DNA from: an uncultured Janibacter sp.
GTDB taxonomy: Bacteria > Actinomycetota > Actinomycetes > Actinomycetales > Dermatophilaceae
NCBI GenBank assembly: GCA_964430615.1
Contig: CAYSGN010000005.1
Location: 3,395 to 67,394, forward strand
Reading direction: 5' to 3'
DNA: 64,000 nt
This document shows positions 1 to 8,309 of the stretch, one piece after another. Position 1 is the stretch's first letter. Each line of letters opens with the position of its first letter. The notes beneath the pieces were generated by a model. The model was not told where the DNA came from. It saw only the letters and a program-made list of their open reading frames with translations, and made no database searches. The translations under genes were made by a program, and so were the position numbers.

Positions 1-2
1 AC

Positions 3-173
3 GACGGCGAGGTCGGCGATGCACGGGCCGGCCGTCTCGTCGCGGACGACGAGGGCGCCCACGACGACACCGAGGCCGAGACCTGGGGCCGGGACGTCGG
101 CATCGACGGTGGCGCCGCCTCCGCGGAGGAGGCGGCGGTGCACGTCGTCGACGGCGAGGAGGACGAGGCCTGA
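3..173 (+). CDS. DUF5709-like acidic protein, C-terminal fragment (runs off window start)
   Basis: Hand translation of frame 3: DGEVGDARAGRLVADDEG...DVGIDGGAASAEEAAVHVV; TGA at 171-173. The RAGRLV..DEG and GIDGGAASAEEAA motifs are typical of this actinobacterial family. Confidence 0.7.
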   Translation, partial: DGEVGDARAGRLVADDEGAHDDTEAETWGRDVGIDGGAASAEEAAVHVVDGEEDEA

Positions 174-1222
174 GCGCCCGAGGACGGGACCTGCGGGCGC
201 TGCCCAAGGCCCACCTGCACCTGCACTTCACCGGCTCGATGCGGGTCGAGACGGTGCGGGACATGGCGGCCGGGCACGGCCTGCGTCTGCCCGAGGTGCT
301 GCGCGGCGGCTACCCGCCCCGGCTCTCGGCGGCCGACGAGCGGGGGTGGTTCCGCTTCCAGCGCCTCTACGACGCGGCCCGGCACTGCGTGCGCGGCGAG
401 GCCGACATGCGGCGCATCGTGCGCGAGGCGGCCCTGGACGACGGCGCCGAGGGCTCCCGGTGGCTGGAGATCCAGGTCGACCCCACCTCCTACGCGCCCT
501 TCGTCGGCGGCATCACCCCGGCCCTGGAGATCGTCCTCGACGAGGCCCGCCGGGTCAGTGCCGAGGCCCCGCTGACCGGAGCCGCGCGGGTCGGTGTGGT
601 CGTGGCCGCCAGCCGCACCCGGCACCCGCTCGAAGCCCGCACGCTCGCCCGGCTCGCCGCCCGGCACGCCGGCTCGGGCGCCGGCGAGGTGCTCGGCTTC
701 GGCCTCTCGAACGACGAGCGACGAGGGACTACCCCCGACTTCACCAAGGCCTTCCAGATCGCCGAGCGAGCCGGCCTGGCCCTCGTGCCGCACGCCGGTG
801 AGCTGCTGGGGCCAGACGCCGTGGCCGAGACCCTCGACGCGCTGCGCCCGGACCGGCTCGGCCACGGGGTGCGCAGCGTCGAGGACCCGGCCGTGCTCGA
901 GCGGGTCGTCGAGGGTGGGGTCGCGCTCGAGGTGTGCCCCGGGTCGAATGTCTCGCTCGGGGTCTACCGGCAGCCGCCGGAGGTGCCCCTGCGCCACCTG
1001 CTCGACTCGGGCGCGGTGATCGCCCTCGGCGCGGACGACCCGCTGCTCTTCGACTCGCGGCTGCTCGACCAGTACGAGGCGGCCCGCCACGTGCACGACC
1101 TGGACGACGCGCAGATCGCCGAGGTGGCCCGCCGCTCCTTCCGTGCCAGCCGCGCCCCGCGCGAGCTCGTCGACACCGCGCTGGCCGACATCGACGCCTG
1201 GCTGGCCACCCCCGCCCCCTGA
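170..1222 (+). CDS. add: Adenosine deaminase
   Basis: In-frame LPKAHLHLHFTGSM metal-binding motif lies upstream of the ORF-track ATG (239); PHAGE, RLGHG and ADDPLLF motifs present. Start placed at a probable CTG (170), which is uncertain. Confidence 0.88.
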   Translation: MSARGRDLRALPKAHLHLHFTGSMRVETVRDMAAGHGLRLPEVLRGGYPPRLSAADERGWFRFQRLYDAARHCVRGEADMRRIVREAALDDGAEGSRWLEIQVDPTSYAPFVGGITPALEIVLDEARRVSAEAPLTGAARVGVVVAASRTRHPLEARTLARLAARHAGSGAGEVLGFGLSNDERRGTTPDFTKAFQIAERAGLALVPHAGELLGPDAVAETLDALRPDRLGHGVRSVEDPAVLERVVEGGVALEVCPGSNVSLGVYRQPPEVPLRHLLDSGAVIALGADDPLLFDSRLLDQYEAARHVHDLDDAQIAEVARRSFRASRAPRELVDTALADIDAWLATPAP

Positions 1223-1275
1223 GGTCCCGTCCACGCGGCGACGTCGGAGCTGCCGCTCCTGCCTCTCGGCTCGGC

Positions 1276-2349
1276 TCAGAGGTGGTGGCCGACGAAGACC
1301 GGCTCGTTGACGAGCGTGACGCCGAAGGCCTCCTCGACGCCGTCGCGGACCTCACGGGCCAGGGCGGCGACGTCGGCGGCCTTCGCGTCCCCGCGGTTGG
1401 TCACCGCGAGGGTGTGCTTGCTCGAGAGGGCGGCGGGCCCGGGCAGGCCGTGCCCCTTGCCGAAGCCGGCCTTGTCGATGAGCCAGGCCGCACTCGTCTT
1501 GACCATCCCCTCACCCGCGGGGAAGGTCGGCGGGACCGGCCCCTGCGGGCCGAGACGCTCTGCGGCGCGCTCGCGCAGCGCATCCATCCGGTCGGCGGGC
1601 AGGATCGGGTTGGTGAAGAAGGAGCCGCAGCTCCACGTGTCGTGGTCGCCGCCGTCGAGCACCATCCCGCGAAGGGAGCGCTGGGCCAGCACGGCCGCAC
1701 GGGCGTCGGCGAGCGGCACCCGCTCGCCCTGCTCGACGCCCAGCTGCCGGGCGAGGTCGGCGTAGGCCACGGGGGCGGACAGGCCGTCCGTCCCGAGGCG
1801 GAAGGTCACCGCGAGGACGACGTGGCGGCCGGTCTCCTTGAACACCGAGTGGCGGTAGGTGAAGCGGCAGTCGGCGTTCGTGAAGGTCACCCGGGTCTGC
1901 TCCTGACGGTCCCAGGCGGCGACCTCGGTGATCGTCTGGGCGACCTCCTGCCCGTAGGCGCCGACGTTCTGCACCGGGGTGGCCCCGGCGAGCCCGGGGA
2001 TGCCGGAGAGGGCTTCGATGCCGGACCACCCCTCGGCGACGGCACGGGCGACGACGTCGTCCCAGACCTCGCCCGCGGCCACGCGCACCTGCACGAAGTC
2101 CGCGCCGGAGGAGACCACCTCGATCCCCCGCAGGGCGACCCGCACGACGGTGCCGGGGAAGCCGTCGTCGGCGATGACGAGGTTGGAGCCCCCGGAGAGC
2201 AGCAGCAGGGCCTCCCCCGCGTCGTCGGCGCTCCGGACGGCCTCGATGACCTCGTCCTCGGTCCCGGCCGTCACCAGGGTCGCGGCGGGGCCACCGACCC
2301 GCATGGTCGTCAGCGGCGCCAGCGGAGCGCCGTGCTCGATCTGCACCAT
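1276..2349 (-). CDS. murB: UDP-N-acetylmuramate dehydrogenase
   Basis: TTMRVGGPA, GGSNL, LSGIPG, GATPVQNVGAYG, SCGSFFTNP and LVNEP motifs; ATG at 2349 overlaps the upstream TGA. Confidence 0.95.
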   Translation of the reverse strand: MVQIEHGAPLAPLTTMRVGGPAATLVTAGTEDEVIEAVRSADDAGEALLLLSGGSNLVIADDGFPGTVVRVALRGIEVVSSGADFVQVRVAAGEVWDDVVARAVAEGWSGIEALSGIPGLAGATPVQNVGAYGQEVAQTITEVAAWDRQEQTRVTFTNADCRFTYRHSVFKETGRHVVLAVTFRLGTDGLSAPVAYADLARQLGVEQGERVPLADARAAVLAQRSLRGMVLDGGDHDTWSCGSFFTNPILPADRMDALRERAAERLGPQGPVPPTFPAGEGMVKTSAAWLIDKAGFGKGHGLPGPAALSSKHTLAVTNRGDAKAADVAALAREVRDGVEEAFGVTLVNEPVFVGHHL

Positions 2350-2780
2350 CAGTCGAGCTGGGCGATCGCGCGGCACCGGCCGAGGACCTTCGCACCCTCG
2401 CTCGTCACGGTCAGCTCGACCGTGACGCGGCGCTGCTCGGCGTCCAGGTCGCTCACCGTGCCCGAGACCTCGATGCTCGAGCCGCCGTCGTGCGGGACCG
2501 GGACGGGCTTGGTGAAGCGGGTGCCGTAGTCGACGATCCGACCGGCGTCGCCCACCCAGTCGCTGACGACCCGCACAGCGGCCCCCATCGTCCACATGCC
2601 GTGGGCGATGACGTCCGGCAGGCCCACGGACCTGGCCGTCGCCTCGTCCCAGTGGATGACGTTGCGGTCGCCGGAGGCACCCGCGTAGTGGATGAGGGTC
2701 GCCCGGGTCACGGGAACCGTCTGCGTGGGGAGGCTCTCCCCTTCGCGCACGTCCTCGAAGCGGCGCACGGTCATGCTCAC
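2349..2780 (-). CDS. MaoC-family dehydratase (HadB-like)
   Basis: YAGASGDRNVIHWD and AHGM hydratase motifs; position after rpmG and a HadA-like gene. Confidence 0.85.
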   Translation of the reverse strand: MSMTVRRFEDVREGESLPTQTVPVTRATLIHYAGASGDRNVIHWDEATARSVGLPDVIAHGMWTMGAAVRVVSDWVGDAGRIVDYGTRFTKPVPVPHDGGSSIEVSGTVSDLDAEQRRVTVELTVTSEGAKVLGRCRAIAQLD

Positions 2781-3223
2781 TCCCCTCCTCGCACGACGAT
2801 CGTCGAGCGGCTCGTGGCGACCGGCGCGTCGTCGACGTCGATGATCTCGCTGCGCATGGTCACCATCTGGTGGCCACCTGCTCCCCGGATGGCGTCGATG
2901 TGCAGGACGCCGCGCAGCTCGTCGCCGGCGACGATCGGGCGGTGATGGGTGAAGCGCTGCTCACCGTGGACCACCCGCGAGTAGTCGACCCCCGCCTCCG
3001 GGTCCGCCACGAACTGGCGGTCGGTGCGCTGTCCGGGGATGACCGCGAAGGTCGGCGGCGCCACCAGGTCCGGGTACCCGGCGGCACGGGCCGCCTCGAC
3101 GTCGCGGTGGATCGGGTCGCTCGCCCCGACCGCCTCGGCGAAGTCGCGGATGTGCTCGCGCCCCACGGAGAAGGCGGGGGTGGGCGGATAGGTCCGCCCC
3201 AGGAATTCCTCGTTCACGGCCAT
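2777..3223 (-). CDS. Hot-dog fold dehydratase partner (HadA-like / FAS1-like dehydratase N domain)
   Basis: MAVNEEFLGRTYP...REHIRDFAEAVG...APPTF...VVHGEQRF; 4-nt overlap with the HadB-like gene. Confidence 0.85.
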   Translation of the reverse strand: MAVNEEFLGRTYPPTPAFSVGREHIRDFAEAVGASDPIHRDVEAARAAGYPDLVAPPTFAVIPGQRTDRQFVADPEAGVDYSRVVHGEQRFTHHRPIVAGDELRGVLHIDAIRGAGGHQMVTMRSEIIDVDDAPVATSRSTIVVRGGE

Positions 3224-3230
3224 GCGCGTC

Positions 3231-3236
3231 AGTCTA
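3231..3236 (-). promoter_or_regulatory. -10 box (TAGACT) of a probable leaderless hadA-like transcript
   Basis: TAGACT 7 nt before ATG 3223, no Shine-Dalgarno. Confidence 0.5.
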
Positions 3237-3267
3237 GGGAATGCCCTGCGATCCTCCGCGCCGGAAC

Positions 3268-3316
3268 GACGATGCCGCGGCCACCGAGCACGGTGCTCGG
3301 CGACCGCGGCGTCGTC
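3268..3316 (-). terminator. GC-rich hairpin downstream of rpmG
   Basis: GACGATGCCGCGG/CCGCGGCGTCGTC outer stem plus CCGAGCAC/GTGCTCGG inner stem. Confidence 0.55.
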
Positions 3317-3330
3317 AGCGCGGAGGGACC

Positions 3331-3501
3331 TCAGCGGGTCTCGCGGTGCGGGGTGTGCTTGCGGCACCGGGGGCAGAACTTCGCCAGCTCCAACCGGTCG
3401 GGGTTGTTGCGGCGGTTCTTCTTGGTGATGTAGTTCCGCTCCTTGCACTCGGTGCACGCCATGGTGATCTTCGGACGGATGTCGGCGCTCTTCGTGGCCA
3501 T
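3331..3501 (-). CDS. rpmG: 50S ribosomal protein L33 (zinc-ribbon C+ form)
   Basis: Hand translation [56 protein letters not shown] (56 aa; absent from the ORF track). Confidence 0.97.
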   Translation of the reverse strand: MATKSADIRPKITMACTECKERNYITKKNRRNNPDRLELAKFCPRCRKHTPHRETR

Positions 3502-3618
3502 GGCTCGAACCTGCTCTCAGACACTTCTCGGTGGTACTCGCCTGGCGCCGGGCTGCGCTGGGCGGGAGGTACGTGGTGCCGGTGCCCACCTCGGTGGTCG
3601 CCAACACATCGACGCACA

Positions 3619-3648
3619 AGATTAGTCCACGGTGGGCGCCCGGCCGAA
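3619..3648 (-). promoter_or_regulatory. Putative housekeeping promoter for rpmG
   Basis: TTCGGC-N18-TAATCT on the minus strand; same architecture as the tRNA-Thr promoter. Confidence 0.5.
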
Positions 3649-3686
3649 ATCCTGGGACCTGACTGGGCGCACACCGTGGTCGTCCG

Positions 3687-3760
3687 TAGCGGGAGAGGGA
3701 CTCGATCCCTCGACCTCACGATTATGAGTCGTGCGCTCTAACCAGCTGAGCTACCCCGCC
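3687..3760 (-). tRNA. tRNA-Met (CAT), elongator type
   Basis: GGCGGGGTAGCTCAGCTGGTTAGAGCGCACGACTCATAATCGTGAGGTCGAGGGATCGAGTCCCTCTCCCGCTA folds as a cloverleaf with CAT anticodon; paired 1:72; CCA not encoded. Confidence 0.92.
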
Positions 3761-3798
3761 TCGGGTGGCCGACCCACGATGCTCGTGGACCGAACCAG

Positions 3799-3871
3799 AG
3801 CCCCCTGTCGGAATCGAACCGACGACCTTTTCCTTACCATGGAAACGCTCTGCCGACTGAGCTAAGGGGGC
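3799..3871 (-). tRNA. tRNA-Thr (GGT)
   Basis: GCCCCCTTAGCTCAGTCGGCAGAGCGTTTCCATGGTAAGGAAAAGGTCGTCGGTTCGATTCCGACAGGGGGCT; GGT anticodon, TTCGA T-loop. Confidence 0.96.
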
Positions 3872-3912
3872 GGGTCCGCCGTGGCCTGGGCCGCGGTGGA
3901 TGACCTCGGGAG

Positions 3913-3942
3913 AGATTACACGTAGTCCTCGCCGAGGGCGAA
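3913..3942 (-). promoter_or_regulatory. Putative promoter of the tRNA-Thr/tRNA-Met pair
   Basis: TTCGCC-N18-TAATCT on the minus strand about 40 nt before tRNA-Thr. Confidence 0.55.
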
Positions 3943-3954
3943 ATCGGGCGCGCG

Positions 3955-4670
3955 TCAACCCTCGAGCTCGGCGACCGGACGGTCGGTGAAGGGGTCGATG
4001 CCGGTACCCGCCCGTACCCGCTCGACCCAGTCCGGCGCGAACCAGGTGCACTTCCCCGGGTGCTCCGGGAAGCAGACCTGGATCCACGAGACGAAGACCA
4101 GCTCGGCCCAGTCCGAGATGAAACGCATGCGGACGCTGCCCTCGTCGGTGCGCAGGAGCATGTCCACGGTCGAGGGGCCGACCCACTCGATGGTGTCGAC
4201 GTCTCCCCAGCCCCAGATCAGCAGGCCGTGGCCCTGGGTCTCGACGTAGAGGCCGTGCGTGCTCACCGTGGCGACGCCGTAGGGGAGGAAGTCCATCCAG
4301 CGGTGCTGGGCATCACGCTTGGCCCTCCTGGCGCCGGCCAGGTTCACCGCCAGGTTCCCAGGACGGCTCCGGTCCCGAACGCCATCCCCTGCCGGTTCGC
4401 CACACCGGTGAAGACCATCGGCACCTCGGAGGGCGCGTAGGTCCCGTCCCCGGGGGCGTCCCAGACCAGCGCGCGGCAGGTCCCGGAGGGGATCATCCAC
4501 TCGGGGTCGCCGATGCTGGGCCGGACCGGTCGCAGCATGTGCGGCTCGACGAGCCGGAAGTCCTCCCGGGTCAGCGGCGCACCGGAGTCCATCTTCTTCT
4601 GCAGCGCGAGCGCCTGCAGGATCACGATGTCCGCGTTCGACAGTCCGTGATCACTCGACGGCGCGACCAT
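3955..4670 (-). pseudogene. Frameshifted hypothetical protein (two ORF-track frames joined near 4353)
   Basis: Frame 1 ends ...GMAFGTGAVLGTWR*; frame 2 continues LAVNLAGARRAKRDAQHRW...SDWAELVFVSW. One added base at GGA ACC TGG makes a continuous hydrophobic segment. Confidence 0.6.
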
Positions 4671-4772
4671 GTCCCAGCCCCCTCACAACGGTCCGACCGA
4701 TGGCGCGGCGAGGCTATCAACGGCCCCGCGACGCGTCGACCCGTCCCGACCAGGGGGCCGGCGACCGGCGAC

Positions 4773-5210
4773 TCACCCGAGCAGGCCCTCCAGCCTCGCG
4801 CGCAGGGCGGCGGGGATCGCCGTGGGCCGGCGCGTGGCACCATCGACGAAGACGTGCGCGGACGTGGCCAGGGCGACGAGGGCCTGATCGCTCTGCCGCA
4901 CGAGCGCGCACTCCCAGCGCACGCTCGAGCCACCGACCCTGGTGGCCCGCAGCCCGACCTCGAAGACGTCGGGGTAGGACATCTCCGCGAGATAGCGGCA
5001 GCCGGTCTCGGGGATGAGGTTGATCGTCCCCGCGTCCTGGGTGACGTCGAAGCCGTTGGCCTTGAGCCAGTTGTTGATGGTCGTGTCCATGACCGAGTAG
5101 TGCACCGCGTTGTTGATGTGCCCGAACTGGTCGTTGTCGCTCCAGCGGGTGGGCACGGTGACCCAGTGGGGATAGGCGGCGCGGTCGAAGGAGTCAGTCA
5201 CGGGGCTCAT
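4773..5210 (-). CDS. Acyl-CoA thioesterase (4-HBT/YbgC-like hot-dog fold)
   Basis: RWSDNDQFGHINNAVHY motif. Confidence 0.85.
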   Translation of the reverse strand: MSPVTDSFDRAAYPHWVTVPTRWSDNDQFGHINNAVHYSVMDTTINNWLKANGFDVTQDAGTINLIPETGCRYLAEMSYPDVFEVGLRATRVGGSSVRWECALVRQSDQALVALATSAHVFVDGATRRPTAIPAALRARLEGLLG

Positions 5211-5829
5211 CCTGCACCGGCGTGCCGTCGGGCCGCCAGAGGCCGGAGCTCCCCCTGCGATGACTGCCAACGAGATGCGTGTCGACGATGCCGACGGCCT
5301 CCATGAGCGCGAAGGCGGTCGTCGGGCCGACGAAGGAGAAGCCGCGCGCCTTGAGGGCCGTGGCCATGGCCACGGACTCCGGTGAGGTCGTCGGGACCTC
5401 CTCCACCGTCCGCGGCGCCGGAGTGCGGTCGGGGCGGAAGGACCAGACGAGACGCGGCAGGCCCCCTTCGTCTCGGAGGCTGACCGTGGCGGCGGCGTTG
5501 CGGATCGTCGCCTCGATCTTGGCCCGGTTGCGCACGATGGCGGCGTCGGCGAGCAGGCGCTCACGGTCCCCGTCGTCGTAGCCAGCCACCCGGTCGGGGT
5601 CGAAGCCGTCGAAGGCCGCGCGGAAGGCCTCCCGCTTGCGCAGGATCGTCGCCCACGACAGTCCGGACTGGAAGGCCTCGAGGCTCAGCCGCTCGAAGAG
5701 CCCGCGCTCGTCGGTCACGGGCATGCCCCACTCGGTGTCGTAGTACTCCCGCAGCAGCGCACCGTCGACCCCGGCCCCGGCCGCCCACGGCGGGCGTGCC
5801 AGCCCGTCCTCACCCACGATCAGGTCCAC
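5194..5829 (-). CDS. tag: DNA-3-methyladenine glycosylase I
   Basis: [47 protein letters not shown] motifs; GTG start at 5829. Confidence 0.92.
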   Translation of the reverse strand: MDLIVGEDGLARPPWAAGAGVDGALLREYYDTEWGMPVTDERGLFERLSLEAFQSGLSWATILRKREAFRAAFDGFDPDRVAGYDDGDRERLLADAAIVRNRAKIEATIRNAAATVSLRDEGGLPRLVWSFRPDRTPAPRTVEEVPTTSPESVAMATALKARGFSFVGPTTAFALMEAVGIVDTHLVGSHRRGSSGLWRPDGTPVQDEPRD

Positions 5830-5917
5830 ACCCGCATCCTGGCACCCGGCGCCGACAGGCCTGCGGAGGGCGGGACCACCCCGCACGCCCCCGGGCCGCC
5901 CGGCACGCCGGTGGACG

Positions 5918-5955
5918 ACGCGAGCCCCGGCCGGGTTCCGGCGCGGGGCTCGCGT
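5918..5955 (-). terminator. Hairpin downstream of tRNA-Tyr
   Basis: ACGCGAGCCCC/GGGGCTCGCGT inverted repeat. Confidence 0.6.
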
Positions 5956-5965
5956 GCACAGACGG

Positions 5966-6048
5966 TGGCAGGTGCAGGATTCGAACCTGCGTAGGGATAA
6001 CCCGACGGATTTACAGTCCGTTTCCATTGGCCACTCGGACAACCTGCC
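5966..6048 (-). tRNA. tRNA-Tyr (GTA)
   Basis: GGCAGGTTGTCCGAGTGGCCAATGGAAACGGACTGTAAATCCGTCGGGTTATCCCTACGCAGGTTCGAATCCTGCACCTGCCA; GTA anticodon and long variable arm. Confidence 0.96.
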
Positions 6049-6118
6049 GTGTGCGCATGGAACGATAGCAAGCCAACCCGGTCACGGAACAATCCGACCC
6101 GAGAGGAACGTCCAGGAC

Positions 6119-6613
6119 ATGGCCAGCAGCAGCTTCGACATCGTCAGCAAGGTCGACCGTCAGGAGGTCGACAACGCGCTGAACCAGGCGGCCAAGGAGG
6201 TCGCCCAGCGCTACGACTTCAAGGGCGTCGGCGCCTCCATCGAGTGGAGCGGCGAGAGCATCGTCATCAAGGCCAACTCCGCCGAGCGGGTCCTGGCGGT
6301 CCTCGACGTCTTCCAGAGCAAGCTCGTGCGCCGCGGTGTCTCGCTCAAGAGCATCGACTTCGGCGACAAGGAGCCCCGGCCCTCGGGCAAGGAGTACGTC
6401 CTCTCCGGCCCGACGAAGGAGGGCATCGACCAGGAGAACGCGAAGAAGATCTCGAAGATCATCCGCGACGAGGGTCCGAAGGGGATCAAGCCCCAGATCC
6501 AGGGCGACGAGCTGCGGGTCACCGGCAAGTCCCGCGACGACCTCCAGGAGGTCATCGCGCTGCTCAAGGGCAAGGACCTCGACGTGGCGGTCCAGTTCGT
6601 CAACTACCGCTGA
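6119..6613 (+). CDS. yajQ: YajQ family nucleotide/cyclic-di-GMP-binding protein
   Basis: [48 protein letters not shown]. Confidence 0.95.
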   Translation: MASSSFDIVSKVDRQEVDNALNQAAKEVAQRYDFKGVGASIEWSGESIVIKANSAERVLAVLDVFQSKLVRRGVSLKSIDFGDKEPRPSGKEYVLSGPTKEGIDQENAKKISKIIRDEGPKGIKPQIQGDELRVTGKSRDDLQEVIALLKGKDLDVAVQFVNYR

Positions 6614-6619
6614 GCCTCC

Positions 6620-6649
6620 CCCGGGCGCCGGCCGGGCCGGCCGCCCGGG
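6620..6649. terminator. Hairpin between convergent yajQ and CoA ligase
   Basis: CCCGGGCG/CGCCCGGG plus CCGGC/GCCGG stems. Confidence 0.55.
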
Positions 6650-6653
6650 ACCG

Positions 6654-8300
6654 TCAGGTGCGCAGCTCCCTTCGCAGGATCTTGCCGGTCACCGTCTTCG
6701 GCAGCTCGTCGATGATCTCCACCTGCCGCGGGTACTTGTAGGCCGACAGCCGCTCCCGGCAGTGGCCGATGAGCTCGTCGGGTGTCGCGGTCGTCCCGGC
6801 GCGCAGGCTGACGAAGGCCTTGACGGTCTCACCGCGCTTCTCGTCCGGCACCCCGACCACGGCCGCCTCCAGGACGGCGGGGTGCTCGGCGAGCACGTCC
6901 TCCACCTCCCGGGGCCACACCTTGTACCCGGAGGCGTTGATCATGTCCTTCTTCCGGTCGACGATGAAGATCCAGCCCTCGGGGCTCATGAACCCCACGT
7001 CGCCGCTCTTGAGCGAGCCCCCGGGGATGCCGGCCGCGGTCTCCTCCGGCTTGTTCCAGTAGCCGGCGACGACCTGGGGCCCCTCGGCCATGATCTCGCC
7101 GACCTCCCCCAGCGGCAGGTCCTCCCCGTCGTCCCCCTGGATCCGCACGACCGTGGAGGGCACGGGCACGCCGACGGAGAGCGCCCCGGACGTCTCGTCG
7201 ACCGGTGATGCGGCGCCGAAGGGGGTCAGCGTCATGGGGCTCGTGGTCTCGGTGAGCCCGTAGGCGTTGTGCACCTGGCGGCCGGTCGCCTCGTGGAAGG
7301 CCCGCTCCGCGGTCGGCGATATCGGCGCGCCTCCGGAGTAGACGGAGCGGAAGGACGCGAAGTGCTCCTCGGTGAAGTCCGGGTGCGCGAGCAGGGCGTT
7401 GAAGGCCGTGATCGCCCCGATCGTGTACGTGGGGCGGTGGCGCAGGAACTCCTCGAGCACGACGCCCGGGTCGAAGCGGTAGGCCAGCACCAGCGGCATC
7501 GGCGCGAGGAGGCTGATGGCGATGTGCCCGATGAGCCCGGTGATGTGGAAGAGCGGCGCGATGCCGAAGACCGAGCCTCCGGGAGCGAAGCGGGCACCGT
7601 CCCGGTAGACGCCAGCGGTGAAGACGACGTTGCGGTGGGTGTTCATCGCCCCCTTCGGCACCCCGGTGGTCCCCGAGGTGTAGGTGAGGAAGGCGACGTC
7701 GTCCGGCCCGAGAGCGGCCCTCGGGGGCGCCTGGCCGCGATGCTCCTCGATGAAGGCGCTCAGGTCCTGCGTACCCTCGTGCCGCACCCGCTCGACCCCG
7801 TCGAAGAGGCCGCGACCGTGCTCCGTGTGGTGCTCCAGCTCACTCGTCGTGAGGACGAGCTGCACCGGGGAGTCGGGGACGACCTGCGCGGCCACCTCCC
7901 CGTAGAGGCTCTCCAGGGAGACCAGGACCTTGGCGCCCGAGTCCTCGAGGAGGTAGGTCAGCTCGCGCTGCCGGCTCATCGGGTTGATGGAGACGAGGAT
8001 GCCTCCGGCCTTCCACGTGGCGAGCACGGCGATGACGAACTGCGGGACGTTCTGGAGGTACACCGCGAGACGGTCTCCGGCGACGAAGCCGTTCGCCGCG
8101 AGGCCGGCCGCGAGCGCATCGCTCTGCTCGTCGAGCTCCCGACGGGTGAGGGAGCCGTCGAAGTAGGTGATGGCCGCCCCGTCCGGGTCGGCCTCGAGAC
8201 CCACCCGGAACATCTCCAGCCCATTGGGGTGGGAGATCTCGATGCGCTCCGGCAGGTCGCCGTAGAGCGCCAGCCACGGCTTGTCGTCGTAGACGGACAT
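6654..8300 (-). CDS. Long-chain acyl-CoA synthetase (AMP-binding)
   Basis: YTSGTTGVPKG, YGLTET, SGDVG, DRKKDMI and TGKILR adenylation motifs. Confidence 0.9.
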   Translation of the reverse strand: MSVYDDKPWLALYGDLPERIEISHPNGLEMFRVGLEADPDGAAITYFDGSLTRRELDEQSDALAAGLAANGFVAGDRLAVYLQNVPQFVIAVLATWKAGGILVSINPMSRQRELTYLLEDSGAKVLVSLESLYGEVAAQVVPDSPVQLVLTTSELEHHTEHGRGLFDGVERVRHEGTQDLSAFIEEHRGQAPPRAALGPDDVAFLTYTSGTTGVPKGAMNTHRNVVFTAGVYRDGARFAPGGSVFGIAPLFHITGLIGHIAISLLAPMPLVLAYRFDPGVVLEEFLRHRPTYTIGAITAFNALLAHPDFTEEHFASFRSVYSGGAPISPTAERAFHEATGRQVHNAYGLTETTSPMTLTPFGAASPVDETSGALSVGVPVPSTVVRIQGDDGEDLPLGEVGEIMAEGPQVVAGYWNKPEETAAGIPGGSLKSGDVGFMSPEGWIFIVDRKKDMINASGYKVWPREVEDVLAEHPAVLEAAVVGVPDEKRGETVKAFVSLRAGTTATPDELIGHCRERLSAYKYPRQVEIIDELPKTVTGKILRRELRT

Positions 8301-8309
8301 GCGCGTGGC

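Noticed and set aside
3231-3245. CTAGGGAATGC resembling half of the 26-kb palindrome
   Set aside because: Only a short partial match, better explained by overlap with the hadA-like -10 box.
4345-4362. Programmed -1 frameshift at GGGAACC
   Set aside because: Not a canonical X XXY YYZ slippery heptamer, and I saw no clear stimulatory structure; a simple indel is more parsimonious.
3687-6048. tRNA-targeted integrative element or prophage
   Set aside because: No integrase and no duplicated tRNA 3' end found in the window.
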